Below are positions 63,498-64,000 of a stretch of DNA of 64,000 nucleotides, one piece after another (within the stretch, counting starts at the first letter, position 1; each line of letters opens with the position of its first letter). The translations under genes were made by a program, and so were the position numbers. The notes beneath the pieces are model-generated. The model was not told where the DNA came from and did not search any database. It saw only the letters and a program-made list of their open reading frames with translations. This stretch comes from Acidimicrobiales bacterium (GTDB lineage: Bacteria; Actinomycetota; Acidimicrobiia; Acidimicrobiales; WLNW01): the NCBI GenBank assembly GCA_039934635.1, contig JBDTLT010000005.1, positions 19,846 to 83,845 on the forward strand, given 5' to 3'.

Positions 63498-64000
63498 CTA
63501 CGACGCCACTAACTGACCGAGGATCGCCGCGAGGCGCTGCTCCACTTGATGCCGCGCTCGTGCCTTGTGCCCGAACGCAGCGAGGAGTTGATCTCCGAAC
63601 ACCGTCCAACCGTAGATCAGTGCAAACGCGGCGAGTAGGTGGAGTTCTTGTTCTTCATCGGCGGCGAGTCCGCGCAGCGCGTTGATCGTCGGGTATTGGG
63701 TTTGAAACTGTTCGAGCGGTGCGTTCTCGAGAAGCAGCCAGGCCAACATCTTGATGTACTGCGCGCCGTCGGCGTCATGCCCGAAGATCTGTTGCACCGT
63801 GCCGGCCAGGTCGGTCGAGCGCCGGGCGAGCCCTGCGCCGGCGTTCGCGTGCGACTCGAGCACGGCGCGTATGAGGGCGTCCTTGTTGCCGAAGTGGCGG
63901 TGGATGAGACCGAGGTTGACGTTGGCGTCGGCGGCGATGTCGCGCAGTGATGCCGCCGTGCCGTGGCGGGCGAAGTGGCGCCCGGCCGCGGCGAGTATGG
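63498..64000 (-). CDS. TetR family transcriptional regulator; 5' end outside window
   Basis: The frame of track ORF 63498..63863 stays open to the window edge. The upstream part translates to ...RHFARHGTAASLRDIAADANVNLGLIHRHFGNKDALI, a TetR HTH. Confidence 0.8.
   Translation of the reverse strand, partial: ILAAAGRHFARHGTAASLRDIAADANVNLGLIHRHFGNKDALIRAVLESHANAGAGLARRSTDLAGTVQQIFGHDADGAQYIKMLAWLLLENAPLEQFQTQYPTINALRGLAADEEQELHLLAAFALIYGWTVFGDQLLAAFGHKARARHQVEQRLAAILGQLVAS

Overview
High-GC, very gene-dense, Actinomycetota-like chromosomal segment. Sampled 60-nt lines range from about 48% to 80% G+C. I call about 60 protein-coding genes and found no rRNA, tRNA, CRISPR array, transposase or integrase. 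Many long ORFs in the track are antisense or 5'-extended artefacts of the high GC. I trimmed these using motif position, RBS and neighbouring stop codons.

Modules, left to right:
1. 0-7.4 kb: small-molecule oxidation genes (SDRs, P450, SnoaL-like proteins, family III CoA-transferase, DUF1684).
2. 7.5-12.7 kb: LysM wall protein, methyltransferase, TetR/cupin pair, orphan family-5 solute-binding lipoprotein.
3. 12.75-19.56 kb: one tightly packed minus-strand operon encoding pyruvate:ferredoxin oxidoreductase, a DHOD-like protein, an SQR-like flavoprotein, a TusE/DsrC-like protein and a DsrE-like protein.
4. 19.7-32.2 kb: mixed accessory enzymes (amidohydrolase, methyltransferase, DinB/TIGR03086-like, cupin, TPR-LuxR, MBL, three LLM-class oxidoreductases, GH76-like). 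This block includes a glutaredoxin-DinB fusion gene interrupted by a TGA exactly at the first Cys of its CxxC motif, and also by a frameshift.
5. 32.3-41.8 kb: MFS exporter, stand-alone papain-like peptidase, XRE-cupin regulator with a TrxR-like flavoprotein, MalT-like LuxR, small protein plus ABC-2 exporter, and a PhyH-like dioxygenase with an in-frame TGA.
6. 41.8-47.8 kb: xanthine-dehydrogenase-family M-S-L operon continuing into a Cys-type arylsulfatase and a RibD_C-like reductase.
7. 47.9-60.9 kb: lower-GC Wzm/Wzt (ABC-transporter-dependent) glycan cluster with six glycosyltransferase genes. One is a 1007-aa GT2 / NodS-like methyltransferase / NodB-like deacetylase fusion.
8. 61-64 kb: GH15, isochorismatase, TetR.

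The most interesting items are the UGA-at-CxxC gene with a SECIS-like hairpin, the PFOR-to-sulfur-relay operon and the tri-domain glycan-modifying enzyme. All functional calls rest on motif recognition by eye. No database search was run.
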